A stretch of 64,000 nucleotides of DNA, from the NCBI GenBank assembly GCA_016939415.1, contig JAFGGZ010000032.1, positions 1,815 through 65,814 on the forward strand. Direction: 5' to 3'. The translations under genes were made by a program, and so were the position numbers. The notes beneath the pieces are model-generated. The model saw only the letters and a list, made by a program, of their open reading frames with translations. It was not told where the DNA came from and searched no databases. This DNA comes from Candidatus Iainarchaeum sp. GTDB lineage: Archaea > B1Sed10-29 > WALL01. Positions within the stretch are counted from its first letter, which is position 1. Each line of letters opens with the position of its first letter. Shown here piece after piece: positions 7,616 to 17,987 of the stretch.

Positions 7616-10312
7616 GTGACCGATTTTTCCAGTATTCACGAGCCTGTGCGAGCGCTCGCACTCCAGCGCTTCAAAGAAGAGACGCCGACGCAGTCGGCAG
7701 CCTTCCCGTCGATACTCAGCGGAAGGCACACGCTCGTCATCGCTCCGACCGGCACGGGCAAGATGGAGGCAGCGTTATTGCCTTTGCTGAGTAAGCTCTC
7801 TTCTGGCGAGTACAAGCCAATCACCGTCTTGTACATCACGCCGCTGAAGGCGCTTAACAGGGACATGCTTTCTCGTATTGAGTGGTGGTGCCGGCACCTT
7901 GGCATATCCTTGTCAGTGCGTCACGGCGACACTCCGCAGTCCGAGCGCGCCAAGCAGACGAAGAACCCTCCGTCGATCATGATAACGACGCCCGAGACAT
8001 TGAATTCCTTGCTGACTGCTAGGATTCTCGGCCAGCACCTCAAGAACGTGAAGTACGTTGTCGTCGATGAGGTGCACGAGCTTGTGGAGTCGAAGCGCGG
8101 CACTCAACTATCCCTCGCTTTGGAGCGCTTGGTGGAGAAGGCCGGCGAGTTCCAGCGCATCGGCCTCAGCGCCACTGTCGGTGACGCGGCGTTGACCGCG
8201 CGGTTCCTTGCAGGGAAGCGCTCTTGCTCTATCGCTCGCGCGGATGTGGAGCGCGGCTTGAAGCTTTCTGTTGAGTGCCCGGCCTACGCGCGGCCCGATG
8301 TTAAGCTCTCAAAGTCGCTGCGCATGCGGCCCTCGACAGTAGCGCGTTTGCGCAGGCTGCACGAGCTTGTTGAGGCGCATGGCAGCGTGCTGACGTTCGT
8401 GAACACGCGCAGCATGGCAGAGCTGCTTTCGTCCAGGTATGCGGCGTGGGACGTGAAGAACAAGGTCCGCGTGCATCACGGATCGCTTTCCAAGGAGGTG
8501 CGCGTTGTTGCTGAGGAGGAGTTCAAGGACGGCCACGTGAAGGGCTTGTTCGCGACGAGTTCTCTGGAGCTTGGCATAGACATCGGCCGCGTGGACCTTG
8601 TTGTCCAGTACATGTCCCCGCGCCAGGTGTGCAGGCTCGTGCAGCGCGCGGGCAGGTCCGGCCACAGCATGGCCAAGGCACCGGAAGGCGTTATTCTCGC
8701 TCAGGACGCAGAGGATGCTTTGGAGTCTGCGGTGATCGCCCGCCGCGCGTTGGCTGGGGATCTGGAGCCCGTGCGCATCCACGAGATGTCTCTTGACGTG
8801 CTTGCCCACCAGCTTGTTGGATTGAGTTTGGAGTACGGCCGAGTGAATGTCTCGGATGCTGTCCGCATCTTTTCGAGGGCGTTCCCGTACCAGTCCTTGT
8901 CAAAGAGCGTGGTTTCGTCCGTGCTCGAGCAACTGGCTTCAGAGCGGTTCGTGTTCGTGGATGGCGCGTCGTACAAGGCGCGCAATGCTTTCAAGTACTA
9001 TTTCTCGAATCTCAGCACGATCCCTGACGAGCAGCGGTTCTTTGTCCATGATGTCGTCAGCCAGAAGAATGTGGCCTCGCTGGATGAGGCGTTTGTCGCA
9101 GAGCATCTGTATGCCGGCCAGGTGTTCATCACGAAGGGCGTGCCTTGGCGCGTCCTTGACGTGGGCGAGAGGGAGGTTGTCGTGGAGCCGGCTTCTGACA
9201 TCACTGCGGCTGTGCCGGATTGGGCGGGCGAGGAGATTCCCGTTCCTTTCGAAGTGGCTCAGGAGGTGGGGGCGCTGCGCCGCGCTGCAGCACGGTCTGT
9301 CAAGGCGTTGGATGCGTATCCCTTGTCTGCTGACGCGCGCGGGACAGTAATTTCTTCTGTGCGGGAGCAGAAGAAGAGCTGTTTCGTTCCTGACGACAAG
9401 CACGTGTTTCTGGAAGGATTCAACGACGTACTGGTTTTGCACACACATGCTGGTACGCTCGTGAACGAGACGCTTGGCAAGGTGTTGTCGTCCCTACTCA
9501 CTTCGTTTACGGGTGGCGCAATCTCTTCGCGTGTTGATGCGTACCGCATCGTGTTCGAGTTCCAGACGGGTCCGAGGCCGGACCTGATTGAGCATTACCT
9601 GCGTTCTTTGGATGCTGATTCCATTCGCGGCATCCTTGTGTCTTCCTTGTCGCGGTCTTCTTTGTTCAAGTGGAAGTTCATTCACGTCGCGAAGCGGTTC
9701 GGCTTGCTTTCGAAGGACGCGGACTATTCCCGCATCAGCCTGCGGCGCCTTATAGGAGCGGTTGTTGATTCTCCTGTCGCTGACGAGGCGATGAAAGAGC
9801 TTTTCGTGGAGAAGTTTGACGTGGATAACGCGAAGCTGTTCTTGAATCGTTTGCAGTCCGGGAGCACGTCGTTCTCGTTCGTCAGTACCGCGTCGCCGTC
9901 TGAGTTCGCTTCTTTTGCCAGAAAGGCTTCGGACATATTCCTGCCGGAGCGTGCTCACGCCGAAATCATGGAGATGGTGAGGGCGCGCATCTTGGACAAG
10001 CGCGTTGGCTTCAAGTGCTTGAATTGCGGGCATGTGTGGTACGAGGTCGTTGCATCGCTTGCTGATGAGCCCAGGTGTGCGGAGTGCGGAGCGAAGCTCG
10101 TTACCCTGCTAGGCCAGAAGGATGGCGAGCGTGTGGCGCAGCTCATCAATGCGTATGGCCGTAGGGCTGTCATTGCTCTTCAGGCGCATGGCGTTGGCCC
10201 GGAGTTCGCTGCTCGCTTGCTGAAGCGGTTGCGGAAGAGCGAGGACGAGCTGATTAACGACTTGGTTGAGGCCGAGCGCACGTTCGCGCGAACGAAGCGT
10301 TACTGGAGCTGA
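7616..10312 (+). CDS. lhr: Lhr-family ATP-dependent helicase
   Basis: APTGTGK, DEVHE, LSAT, HHGSL, TSSLELGIDIG, QRAGRSGH, C-terminal CxxC pairs; GTG start after TATA. Confidence 0.95.
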   Translation: MTDFSSIHEPVRALALQRFKEETPTQSAAFPSILSGRHTLVIAPTGTGKMEAALLPLLSKLSSGEYKPITVLYITPLKALNRDMLSRIEWWCRHLGISLSVRHGDTPQSERAKQTKNPPSIMITTPETLNSLLTARILGQHLKNVKYVVVDEVHELVESKRGTQLSLALERLVEKAGEFQRIGLSATVGDAALTARFLAGKRSCSIARADVERGLKLSVECPAYARPDVKLSKSLRMRPSTVARLRRLHELVEAHGSVLTFVNTRSMAELLSSRYAAWDVKNKVRVHHGSLSKEVRVVAEEEFKDGHVKGLFATSSLELGIDIGRVDLVVQYMSPRQVCRLVQRAGRSGHSMAKAPEGVILAQDAEDALESAVIARRALAGDLEPVRIHEMSLDVLAHQLVGLSLEYGRVNVSDAVRIFSRAFPYQSLSKSVVSSVLEQLASERFVFVDGASYKARNAFKYYFSNLSTIPDEQRFFVHDVVSQKNVASLDEAFVAEHLYAGQVFITKGVPWRVLDVGEREVVVEPASDITAAVPDWAGEEIPVPFEVAQEVGALRRAAARSVKALDAYPLSADARGTVISSVREQKKSCFVPDDKHVFLEGFNDVLVLHTHAGTLVNETLGKVLSSLLTSFTGGAISSRVDAYRIVFEFQTGPRPDLIEHYLRSLDADSIRGILVSSLSRSSLFKWKFIHVAKRFGLLSKDADYSRISLRRLIGAVVDSPVADEAMKELFVEKFDVDNAKLFLNRLQSGSTSFSFVSTASPSEFASFARKASDIFLPERAHAEIMEMVRARILDKRVGFKCLNCGHVWYEVVASLADEPRCAECGAKLVTLLGQKDGERVAQLINAYGRRAVIALQAHGVGPEFAARLLKRLRKSEDELINDLVEAERTFARTKRYWS

Positions 10313-10346
10313 ATGCTTTTATACCCCGGGCGGCTAATGGTTTGCC

Positions 10347-10757
10347 GTGTTGGATGAGGAAATGGTGGAGAGCGTTGTGCTCGGCCTGAAGCAGGGCATC
10401 ACTTTCGAGAAGCTGCGTGCCGGTCTTGCTCCTCTGGGTTACTCGGGCGCTGAGATAGACGAGATCATGTCCGAGGCGTTGAAGCGTTTCGGGAAAGCGC
10501 CGCTAGCGCGCCTGCCGCCAGCTGAGCGCGCTTTGGAGGAGCCGACTCGGCCCGTGGAGCGGCCGCCGGTTCCGTCGCCCGAGGTCTATGCGCCTGCCCG
10601 TGAAGTGCGTGCCGCACAGTTATTGCCTGTGCGCAGCGCTCCGATGGATGAGTTCCGTGAAGGTGGGAAGGATTCTCCGTTGTTGCTGGCGATCGTCGTC
10701 GCGATGTTTTTGGTGATTGTCACGCTCGTCGTCGTGCTTGTTTCCCGGTTCGTGTGA
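10347..10757 (+). CDS. Hypothetical protein with Pro-rich linker and C-terminal TM helix
   Basis: LLLAIVVAMFLVIVTLVVVLV; upstream TATA; downstream T-tract. Confidence 0.7.
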   Translation: MLDEEMVESVVLGLKQGITFEKLRAGLAPLGYSGAEIDEIMSEALKRFGKAPLARLPPAERALEEPTRPVERPPVPSPEVYAPAREVRAAQLLPVRSAPMDEFREGGKDSPLLLAIVVAMFLVIVTLVVVLVSRFV

Positions 10758-10930
10758 GTTTTTTTTGGGGTTTGCGCGGTCTTCCAGCAATCTGTCATGC
10801 AGTGGTTTTACTGGCTGTTCGTGATTATATCCCGGAATAGTTCTGTTGGGTGTTGTTGTTTTGCTCCCCGGAATGTGCGCACCTCTATTTCCCGATTCGC
10901 GTGCTTGCATCATTCGCGCGCGGCCGGCGC

Positions 10931-12838
10931 TTACCTCAGCCTGATGCTATCCAGGTTTCTGGGCACGTTAGTCTCGACTTTGAACTGGTAGCTCAGTGCC
11001 CTGCCGAGGTTCAAGCAGCTCTTCTCGTCGCCATGCACGAGTATCGCCCTGTCCGGCTTTGGTGCCAGCTTCTTGTAGAATCCGAGGAGCTGGTTCCTAT
11101 CAGAGTGTCCTGAGTATCCTTCAATCGTTTCTATGTGCATGTTCACAGTGAGGCCGACTGTCCTGCCGTCCATATGCATGGGGAGGGTCTTGCCTTTCTC
11201 GTGGCGCAGCCCCAGGTTCTGTATCTTCTTTCCGAGGGAGCCTTCGCCTTGGTACCCGATGAACACCATGCTGTTCCTCGGGTCTTCGCATAGGTTCTTG
11301 AAGTATTCCACGCTCGGGCCGCCGGTGAGCATGCCGGATGGAGCGATGAACACGCTCCCCTTCTCCTCAAAGATTTCGCGGCGCTTTGTCTTGTCGACTT
11401 CTATGAATATGTCCGAGTCGAGGGGGGAGGAGTTGTGCAGCACGCGTTTCTTCACGTTCCTGCGAAGGAACTCAGGGTAAGCGGTGTGTATCGCTGACAC
11501 TTCGCGTATCATACCGTCTATGTACACCGGGATGTCCCAGCCCTGGTGCTTTGCGTACTCTTCTATGACCAGCATGATCTCCTGGGAGCGTCCGACTGCG
11601 AATGCTGGGATGAGCACGCTGCCGCCGCGCCTCGCTGTTTCCTTTATCGTTGTTATGAGTCTCTTGTCGGCGACGTATCTTGGGGGCTGGATGTCTTGCG
11701 GCCCTCCGTACGTGCTTTCCATGATGAGGGTTTCGATGCGCGGGTAGCGCGTGTGCACCATGTCGAAGAGTTTTGTGTATCCAAACTTGAAGTCTGCTGT
11801 GTACAGCAGGTTGTGTGCACCCTGGCCGATGTGCAGGTGGGCGGATGAGGATCCGAGGATGTGTCCCGCGTTGTGGAGCGTGAGTCTCATGTCCGGTGAT
11901 ATGTCTGTTACTTCGCCGTACTCCCGGGTGATAACGTATTTCACCATGTTCTTGATGTCTTTCTGTCCGTACGGCGGCTTCTTGCCTTCCTTCATGGCGA
12001 CGTCCACGTAGTCGAGTGCGAGCAGCGTCATTATGTCGCGTGTTGGCGCGGTGCAGTATGTCGGGCCGTTGAACCCGTACTTGTACAGGTACGGGAGGAA
12101 CCCGGAGTGGTCCAGGTGGGCGTGGCTGATGATGACTGCGTCCAGTTCGTCGAGCGGGAAGGTGAGCGAGTCCAGCAAGGGGTACGGTGTTTGGTTGGAT
12201 GCGACGTTTACGCCGCAGTCTATCATGACCTTTGATTCGGGGGTTTCAAGGAGGAAGCATGACCTTCCGACTTCTCTTGCGCCGCCGAGCGGGGTCAGTC
12301 TCACCCAGTCTGTCTTCTTGGTTTGCTCCCGGTATATGCGCGTGCCTATCTCTTTCTGGATTTTGGCGCGTTCTTTGCTTTCTTTGAGCAGCGTGTACCT
12401 TATGCCTTTCATCACTGGTGAGGGCATGGTGGGTACGCGGAGGATGCGCGGGTACCATCCTGTCATGAGTGTGATCGCTTTCAAAGTCTGTCCGTGCTTG
12501 CCTATCACGACGCCGGGCTTCCTGGCTTCGATCACGACTTCGTTGGCTTCCGGGTCGAAGCTTATGTCATTGATGCCGGCGTTTTCCGGGATGAGTTCTT
12601 CGATGCTTTTTTTCGCGGTTTCGGGGTCTGTGAGCATGGATGAGTCGCTGCGGATGTGCACGCGCTTCTTGAGCTCGCCTGCGAGTGTTTTCACTAGGCC
12701 CTCGCTTTCCAGGAAGAGGTTCATGTTTTTCGTGTATATGACGACCTCGCTGGTCTGAAGCCCTACTTTTGTGACCAGGGCTTCGGGAGGGACTATTTCG
12801 CTGATTCTCTTCTCTAGTTGTTTCAAGAACTCGGACAT
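10931..12838 (-). CDS. fttA: KH-domain beta-CASP ribonuclease aCPSF1 / termination factor FttA
   Basis: KH (KPGVVIGKHG), HAHLDH, GHILGS, YSGHSD, VHGD; 635 aa; next to psmB. Confidence 0.95.
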   Translation of the reverse strand: MSEFLKQLEKRISEIVPPEALVTKVGLQTSEVVIYTKNMNLFLESEGLVKTLAGELKKRVHIRSDSSMLTDPETAKKSIEELIPENAGINDISFDPEANEVVIEARKPGVVIGKHGQTLKAITLMTGWYPRILRVPTMPSPVMKGIRYTLLKESKERAKIQKEIGTRIYREQTKKTDWVRLTPLGGAREVGRSCFLLETPESKVMIDCGVNVASNQTPYPLLDSLTFPLDELDAVIISHAHLDHSGFLPYLYKYGFNGPTYCTAPTRDIMTLLALDYVDVAMKEGKKPPYGQKDIKNMVKYVITREYGEVTDISPDMRLTLHNAGHILGSSSAHLHIGQGAHNLLYTADFKFGYTKLFDMVHTRYPRIETLIMESTYGGPQDIQPPRYVADKRLITTIKETARRGGSVLIPAFAVGRSQEIMLVIEEYAKHQGWDIPVYIDGMIREVSAIHTAYPEFLRRNVKKRVLHNSSPLDSDIFIEVDKTKRREIFEEKGSVFIAPSGMLTGGPSVEYFKNLCEDPRNSMVFIGYQGEGSLGKKIQNLGLRHEKGKTLPMHMDGRTVGLTVNMHIETIEGYSGHSDRNQLLGFYKKLAPKPDRAILVHGDEKSCLNLGRALSYQFKVETNVPRNLDSIRLR

Positions 12839-12896
12839 GCCGTCCTCTCCTTGAGTCGTTTCTTCGAGTTTTTTTTTGCTTTATTGTGCTGGGTTG

Positions 12897-13505
12897 TTAC
12901 TTCAGGTACGGGGTCTCGTCAATCTTTTCGTACCCGTCCTTGGTTATCTTGACGAGCATAATGCCGTTCCCGGACATGGCATCCCTCTGCATGGATGATT
13001 GCAGGGCTTCTGCTGCAAGCCGGAGGTTGTCTTCAACGCTCGCGTTTTCCTTGAATTTGTTCTCTAGCACGCCGTACGCTATCGGCGAGCCGCTTCCGGT
13101 TGACACGACTTTTTCTTCGAGGACGCTTCCGAGCGCGTCCAGCGAGTACAGTCTTGGCTTTTCGTCGTATCCTCCGAGGAGTAGTTGCACGTAGTATGGG
13201 TAAAACCTGTTTCCGTGCAGGATGTTTGATAGCAGCGTTGCTGCTGCGTCCACTTTCATCGGGGAGTTCCTCTCTATCTGGTAGAGGCTGCTCTCGACGC
13301 GCATGATGCGCGCGAGCTTCTGGGCGTCTGCCACGCTGCCTGCAGTGGTTATGGCGAGGTGGTCTTGTATCTTGAGGACTTTGTCGACGTCCTTGTTCGC
13401 TATGAGATAGCCCATTGTCGCTCTTCTCTCTGCTGCGAGCACGACGCCGTCCCTTGCGAGTATCCCGATCGTTGTCGTGCCTTTCTTGTAGTCCTCGCTT
13501 TCCAT
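12897..13505 (-). CDS. psmB: Proteasome beta subunit
   Basis: KKG/TTTIG processing site, GSVADAQ, STGSGS. Confidence 0.96.
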   Translation of the reverse strand: MESEDYKKGTTTIGILARDGVVLAAERRATMGYLIANKDVDKVLKIQDHLAITTAGSVADAQKLARIMRVESSLYQIERNSPMKVDAAATLLSNILHGNRFYPYYVQLLLGGYDEKPRLYSLDALGSVLEEKVVSTGSGSPIAYGVLENKFKENASVEDNLRLAAEALQSSMQRDAMSGNGIMLVKITKDGYEKIDETPYLK

Positions 13506-13578
13506 TCATTCGTCTCCTTAAAGCATTAGAAGCAGGTGACCACTTCTTTGTACGTCCCCATTTAAATACGTTACTCTG

Positions 13579-14229
13579 TTACTTCTTTTCGAAGACCTCG
13601 TCGAACTCGACTTTTTCTGCGCCCACCCTGCCGAGCAGTGCGTTAAGCAGGTATCCCTTGTTCTGTCCGTACTCTCTCGTGTTCAGGTTCTGCTGGGTCG
13701 GCGTTATCTTGACGTGCTTGTCTTTGACTTCGACGTTGGCGCCGGGTATGAGGGAGTTCGTCAGGCTTTTTGCCTTCTCTTCCGAGCTCTTCATGACTGC
13801 CAGAACCTTGATGTCGAATTCCAGGTCCTTGCCTGCGAGCTCGTGGTTGAAGTCGACGCGAACGCGGCCGCCGCTCACGCTCTGCACGCGTGCGGGCATG
13901 TCGTCCAGGGTGACTATCATGCCTGGCACGGGTTCGAGGCCGCTCTGCTTGAATGCTTTTAGTGGCACGAGCTTGACGAGTTCGCTGCGTCGCTGGCCGT
14001 ACGCTTTCTCGACAGGCACTTTGACCTGCTTTTCCTCGCCGGCTTTCATGTCTTTGATTGCTTCTTCGAGTCCGGGAATGATGTCGCCATATCCCATGCA
14101 GACTATCATCGGCTCGAATGGTTTTGTTATGCCGTTCTCTTCACCGACTTCTTTTATGGAGGTATCGAACACGCTTCCCCCGGTCTTGCCGGTGTAGTCT
14201 ATCTTGACAAAGTCTCCTTTATCTATCAT
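13579..14229 (-). CDS. slyD: Long-type FKBP peptidyl-prolyl isomerase
   Basis: GDFVKIDYTG, VFDTS, EKAYG, VDFNHELAGKDL. Confidence 0.92.
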   Translation of the reverse strand: MIDKGDFVKIDYTGKTGGSVFDTSIKEVGEENGITKPFEPMIVCMGYGDIIPGLEEAIKDMKAGEEKQVKVPVEKAYGQRRSELVKLVPLKAFKQSGLEPVPGMIVTLDDMPARVQSVSGGRVRVDFNHELAGKDLEFDIKVLAVMKSSEEKAKSLTNSLIPGANVEVKDKHVKITPTQQNLNTREYGQNKGYLLNALLGRVGAEKVEFDEVFEKK

Positions 14230-14351
14230 GAAAAACCCTCAGAACTAGGTTGGCTGCGATTATTCTGGAACAGTTCTTATTTAAAGCTATGCTCAAATAT
14301 TTAAATGCCCCCGCAGTAAAAAGCACTCGGGCTTGTTCTGCAGTGATTACT

Positions 14352-15548
14352 ATGGTCTCTAAGAATGGTCTTCTTGTCGTGTCGGCTATCCTGGTCGTGA
14401 GCCTTGCGGTCCCGCTTGCTTCCATGCTCACTGAGAGCGCTGCCCCCGAGGCTGAAGAGCCCGTCTCTTCTGACGCGCCGCCGGCCGTGCTGATCCAGAT
14501 AGAGGAATTCAGCGCAGTATCGTCCGGGACGGTCCTCAGCGTGCAACCAGTGCTTATAACGACAGCGACGTCTGATCTTGGCGCTCAGGCGCTGCGCGAA
14601 GCGATTGCGTCGCTACCGGGCGTGCAGAATGTTTCGTTGCAGCAGAGCGAGAATCCCGGTTCGGAAGGCTTGTACAAGTACGATGTCACTGTAACTACTG
14701 CCAGCCAGGCTGACAACGAGCGGGTGTCGTTCCTGCTCACGTCCTTGGTTTCCGGCGCAGATTTTCTGCCTCCCGCATCCCCCGCCGTCATAGGTCTTCC
14801 CAAGGTCTTGGAGGCGCGGAATGGTCGGGGGAGCACGGAGTTCATTGAGTTCGAGAACAATGTGACGACGGGTTACGTGTATGGTTTCACGCACGTCGGG
14901 GATGAGCAGTTGTTCAACTTGGAGATCCAGCGGTCCGGCGGGCGCATTGCTGTCATGGCTGTCGAGGCAGTGCGGCCGTACTCCCCGTCCGTGGAAGAGC
15001 ACGAGGCGGTGGTGGCTGCTCGGATTGTTGAAGTGACTGGCGAGGGCGTGGAGCGCCACCTGCCTTTCGGCGAGGGCGTTGACACGAAGGCGTTGTTCGA
15101 CCAGTACGGTGTGGGCGTCGCGTTCGACGAGGGGCTGCCGTTCTTCACAGTGTCTGCTGATGATGTTGGTTCTGTTCGGTCTGTTCTCGTGGAAAACAAT
15201 GTGTCTTTCTCCGAGTCCAGCGGTCTCTTGCTCGTGAGTTCAGGTGATTACTCAATTTCCTTTATCAAGTCATTGCTGCCGGAAGCGTCTGTTGAAGAAC
15301 CGCATGGCACGCTTTGGGTCGAGGGCAGTCCATTGCCTTCCGGCTTGCCCGGCGTTCTTGTTCGGGAGTACGACATGGCCACGATCACCTTGCCAGAAGT
15401 CGTGCTTGCGGACGGCATTGCCTTCAACTTGTCCGGTGGCAACATCCTCGCGCGCCAGCGCGTTCCTAAAGGTGCTGCAGGCGAGCTGAATGTGACTGCG
15501 GTGTTCAAGACTGCGTTCGGCGTGGTTGTCTCTATCGAGACGCGTTGA
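14352..15548 (+). CDS. Hypothetical exported or membrane-anchored acidic protein
   Basis: N-terminal hydrophobic helix (GLLVVSAILVVSLAVPLA) followed by a beta-rich body. Confidence 0.7.
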   Translation: MVSKNGLLVVSAILVVSLAVPLASMLTESAAPEAEEPVSSDAPPAVLIQIEEFSAVSSGTVLSVQPVLITTATSDLGAQALREAIASLPGVQNVSLQQSENPGSEGLYKYDVTVTTASQADNERVSFLLTSLVSGADFLPPASPAVIGLPKVLEARNGRGSTEFIEFENNVTTGYVYGFTHVGDEQLFNLEIQRSGGRIAVMAVEAVRPYSPSVEEHEAVVAARIVEVTGEGVERHLPFGEGVDTKALFDQYGVGVAFDEGLPFFTVSADDVGSVRSVLVENNVSFSESSGLLLVSSGDYSISFIKSLLPEASVEEPHGTLWVEGSPLPSGLPGVLVREYDMATITLPEVVLADGIAFNLSGGNILARQRVPKGAAGELNVTAVFKTAFGVVVSIETR

Positions 15549-15549
15549 G

Positions 15550-15882
15550 TTATTCCTGCAGCTCGAGAATGGCTGCTGCGATGTCCCCGTCGTGCTTCTT
15601 GAGCGCGGCTTCTGCGTCGGACCTACCTTTTCCTGTCTGCTGCATGACCATCTCGATGTCTTCTTCGTCAAAGACTTGTCTCTCTCTTTCTTCTATGTCG
15701 CCCATGACTTGGTATGTCTTCATGCCTTTCATGTCCACTTCAGTGACTTGCGGGTTTTTGACGATGATTTCCTTTCCGTCCGTGCGTATGATCACTTCTT
15801 TGGCGTTGATTGGCGTTGTCTTGATGCCCATTTGCCGCATCATGCCTTGCATCTGTTTAGGGTTCATGCCTCCGGGGAACAT
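15550..15882 (-). CDS. nac: Nascent polypeptide-associated complex protein
   Basis: MNPKQMQGMMRQMGI, EEDIEMVMQQT, GDIAAAILEL. Confidence 0.95.
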   Translation of the reverse strand: MFPGGMNPKQMQGMMRQMGIKTTPINAKEVIIRTDGKEIIVKNPQVTEVDMKGMKTYQVMGDIEERERQVFDEEDIEMVMQQTGKGRSDAEAALKKHDGDIAAAILELQE

Positions 15883-15974
15883 GCTTGACCACCTGCTGTT
15901 CTTTTGTCTGCCTGGCTTTTATGTGTTTGCCTGCCACCGTCACTCTTTAAAACCCCGCCGCAGTATTACCCCTC

Positions 15975-16622
15975 ATGCCCGAGACTTACGGCAGTTTTGA
16001 TGATTTCCGCAGGGCCTTGCCTGCTAATTGGGCGAAGGATTACGGCGTGCGGGAGGCGTCGGTCAGGAAGTACTTGGAGATTGGCGGCATAATCAAGGTC
16101 GGCGAGGTGAAGGGTGCGTGGCCCACGCTCGTCTACCCGACAGCATCGCGCCTGGAGAAGCAGCTTGAAGAGGCCGAGCGCAAGCTCGCTGGTGTGGAAA
16201 AGCAGTTGCATGCGTGGAAGCGCCGCCACAAGCGTTTGAAGACGAACACTGTCTCGGATGTCGTCCAGCGCGCTGTCGATCCTCTGTTCTGGGAGCACAA
16301 GATCCGGTTGGTCGCCGACCCAACGTACAGGGAGACGTATGACCTTGTCCGCCCCCCGATGCATCTGATGAACCGCGCTGATTGGCGCAAGAAGCTGAAG
16401 TACTTTGTTCAGAGCAAGGAGTACAGGATTCGGTTGCATGAGGCCCGCACGTCGAAGATCGGGCGGCGCAGGGAGAAGATGGACACCGAGGTCGAGAAGC
16501 GCATGGAGTTCAACCGCCAGCTCGCTGACCAGGAGCACAAGAAGCTGCTGACGAAGAAGAGGGATCTTGAGGATAGGATCCGCGCGGTGAGGGCGCTTAT
16601 TGTTTGGGCGAGGGAGAGTTAG
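15975..16622 (+). CDS. Hypothetical basic coiled-coil protein with possible N-terminal wHTH
   Basis: WAKDYGVREASVRKYLEIGGIIKVG followed by heptads; TATA at 15946. Confidence 0.7.
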   Translation: MPETYGSFDDFRRALPANWAKDYGVREASVRKYLEIGGIIKVGEVKGAWPTLVYPTASRLEKQLEEAERKLAGVEKQLHAWKRRHKRLKTNTVSDVVQRAVDPLFWEHKIRLVADPTYRETYDLVRPPMHLMNRADWRKKLKYFVQSKEYRIRLHEARTSKIGRRREKMDTEVEKRMEFNRQLADQEHKKLLTKKRDLEDRIRAVRALIVWARES

Positions 16623-17898
16623 CCTTCTTCGGCTTCTTTTCAGTGCTTTTCTTGTCGTTCCCTTCCACGAACGCTTCTGCAAGCGCTTTCTCTGCTTCTT
16701 TCTGGGCGTCCTCTTTTTTCCGGCCGCGCTCTATGACGAACACGCCGATTGTTGTTATGATGATGGTTGCGAGTATCACAGTGAACACGATGTCCGGGAA
16801 CGCGCTGGTGCCGGCGATGCCTCTGCTGGCCGGCAGGTTGGCGAGCACGGCTGCGGCGAGGCCGCGCGGCAGCATGATGCTCATCACCTGCTTGTCGCGT
16901 TCGCTGAAGTTTGTTTTGTGCGTGGCTGCGAGCACGGATATGGGTCTCACGCCGAGCACTGCGATTGATAGTATGACCCCGAAAAGGATGAATGAAATGT
17001 TTTGGATTGTGACGAGCAGCCCGAGGTACACGAAGAAGAATGTCCGCACCAGGAACGCTATTAGGGAGTGGAATTCGCGGGTGGTGCCGCCCATCTGGAA
17101 TGCCATTTTCCTGTATTTTATGATGTCGAAGATTTCCTTGCCGTTCGCCAGCACCACTCCGAACGTGAGGCAGGCTATTGCACCGCTGCCTCCGAGCCAT
17201 TCGGATGCTGCGTATGAGAGTAGGAGCATGGCCAGCGTGACCACGTAGGCGTATTCGAACTTTTCGAGCCGGTGCATTATCGGTACCCACGCGATTCCGA
17301 CTGCGAGGCCGATCATGGCGCCGACGCTGAACGCGCTCGCTATCCACTGGAATCCCACTGCGATGTTGTTCCCGCCGACTGTCAGCGTTTCCATTAGCGC
17401 GATTGCGACGACGATGCAGAGGGCGTCCGTGACTGCTGATTCTATGGCGAGTATGAGTTGCGTGTTCTCACTTATGCCGCCGATCTTGGACACTATGGGG
17501 ATGACGATGGGCGAGCTGACGCCTCCGATGATGACGCCGAGCAGGGCGCCGACCAGCGGGTCGAACCCGACGATCATGGAGAGAACCATTGTTATGACGA
17601 CGGTGAGTGTGAAGGCTGACACTGCGAGGAAGAGGCTGCGCGGCGCTTGCTTGAAGAGCTTGTACAGCTCCATGTTTATGCCGCCTTCGAACAGGATGAT
17701 TATGACTGCGAGCGCTGCGAAGAACTCGGACACGCTCTGCATGAGCGTGGCGTCGACGAGCTCCAGGACCGGACCGACGAGGAGGCCGAAGCCCATGAGC
17801 CAGACTGCGTTGGGTATGTCGGTCTTCTTGAATATGAGGTTGCCTATGAATCCCAGGAGAATGATTATGGCTATGAGGAGTATCGGGAGTATAACCAT
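16597..17898 (-). CDS. CPA1 cation:proton antiporter (NhaP-type)
   Basis: Many TM helices; IILFEGG, ESAVTD, PRGLAAAVLA. Confidence 0.92.
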   Translation of the reverse strand: MVILPILLIAIIILLGFIGNLIFKKTDIPNAVWLMGFGLLVGPVLELVDATLMQSVSEFFAALAVIIILFEGGINMELYKLFKQAPRSLFLAVSAFTLTVVITMVLSMIVGFDPLVGALLGVIIGGVSSPIVIPIVSKIGGISENTQLILAIESAVTDALCIVVAIALMETLTVGGNNIAVGFQWIASAFSVGAMIGLAVGIAWVPIMHRLEKFEYAYVVTLAMLLLSYAASEWLGGSGAIACLTFGVVLANGKEIFDIIKYRKMAFQMGGTTREFHSLIAFLVRTFFFVYLGLLVTIQNISFILFGVILSIAVLGVRPISVLAATHKTNFSERDKQVMSIMLPRGLAAAVLANLPASRGIAGTSAFPDIVFTVILATIIITTIGVFVIERGRKKEDAQKEAEKALAEAFVEGNDKKSTEKKPKKANSPSPKQ

Positions 17899-17987
17899 GC
17901 CTTAGCTAACCATATCGGTATATTTAAGTCTTTCTCGGCATGCCGCACGCCCCTCCCTTATTAAGCGCCCGCACCAAAAAGTACGTG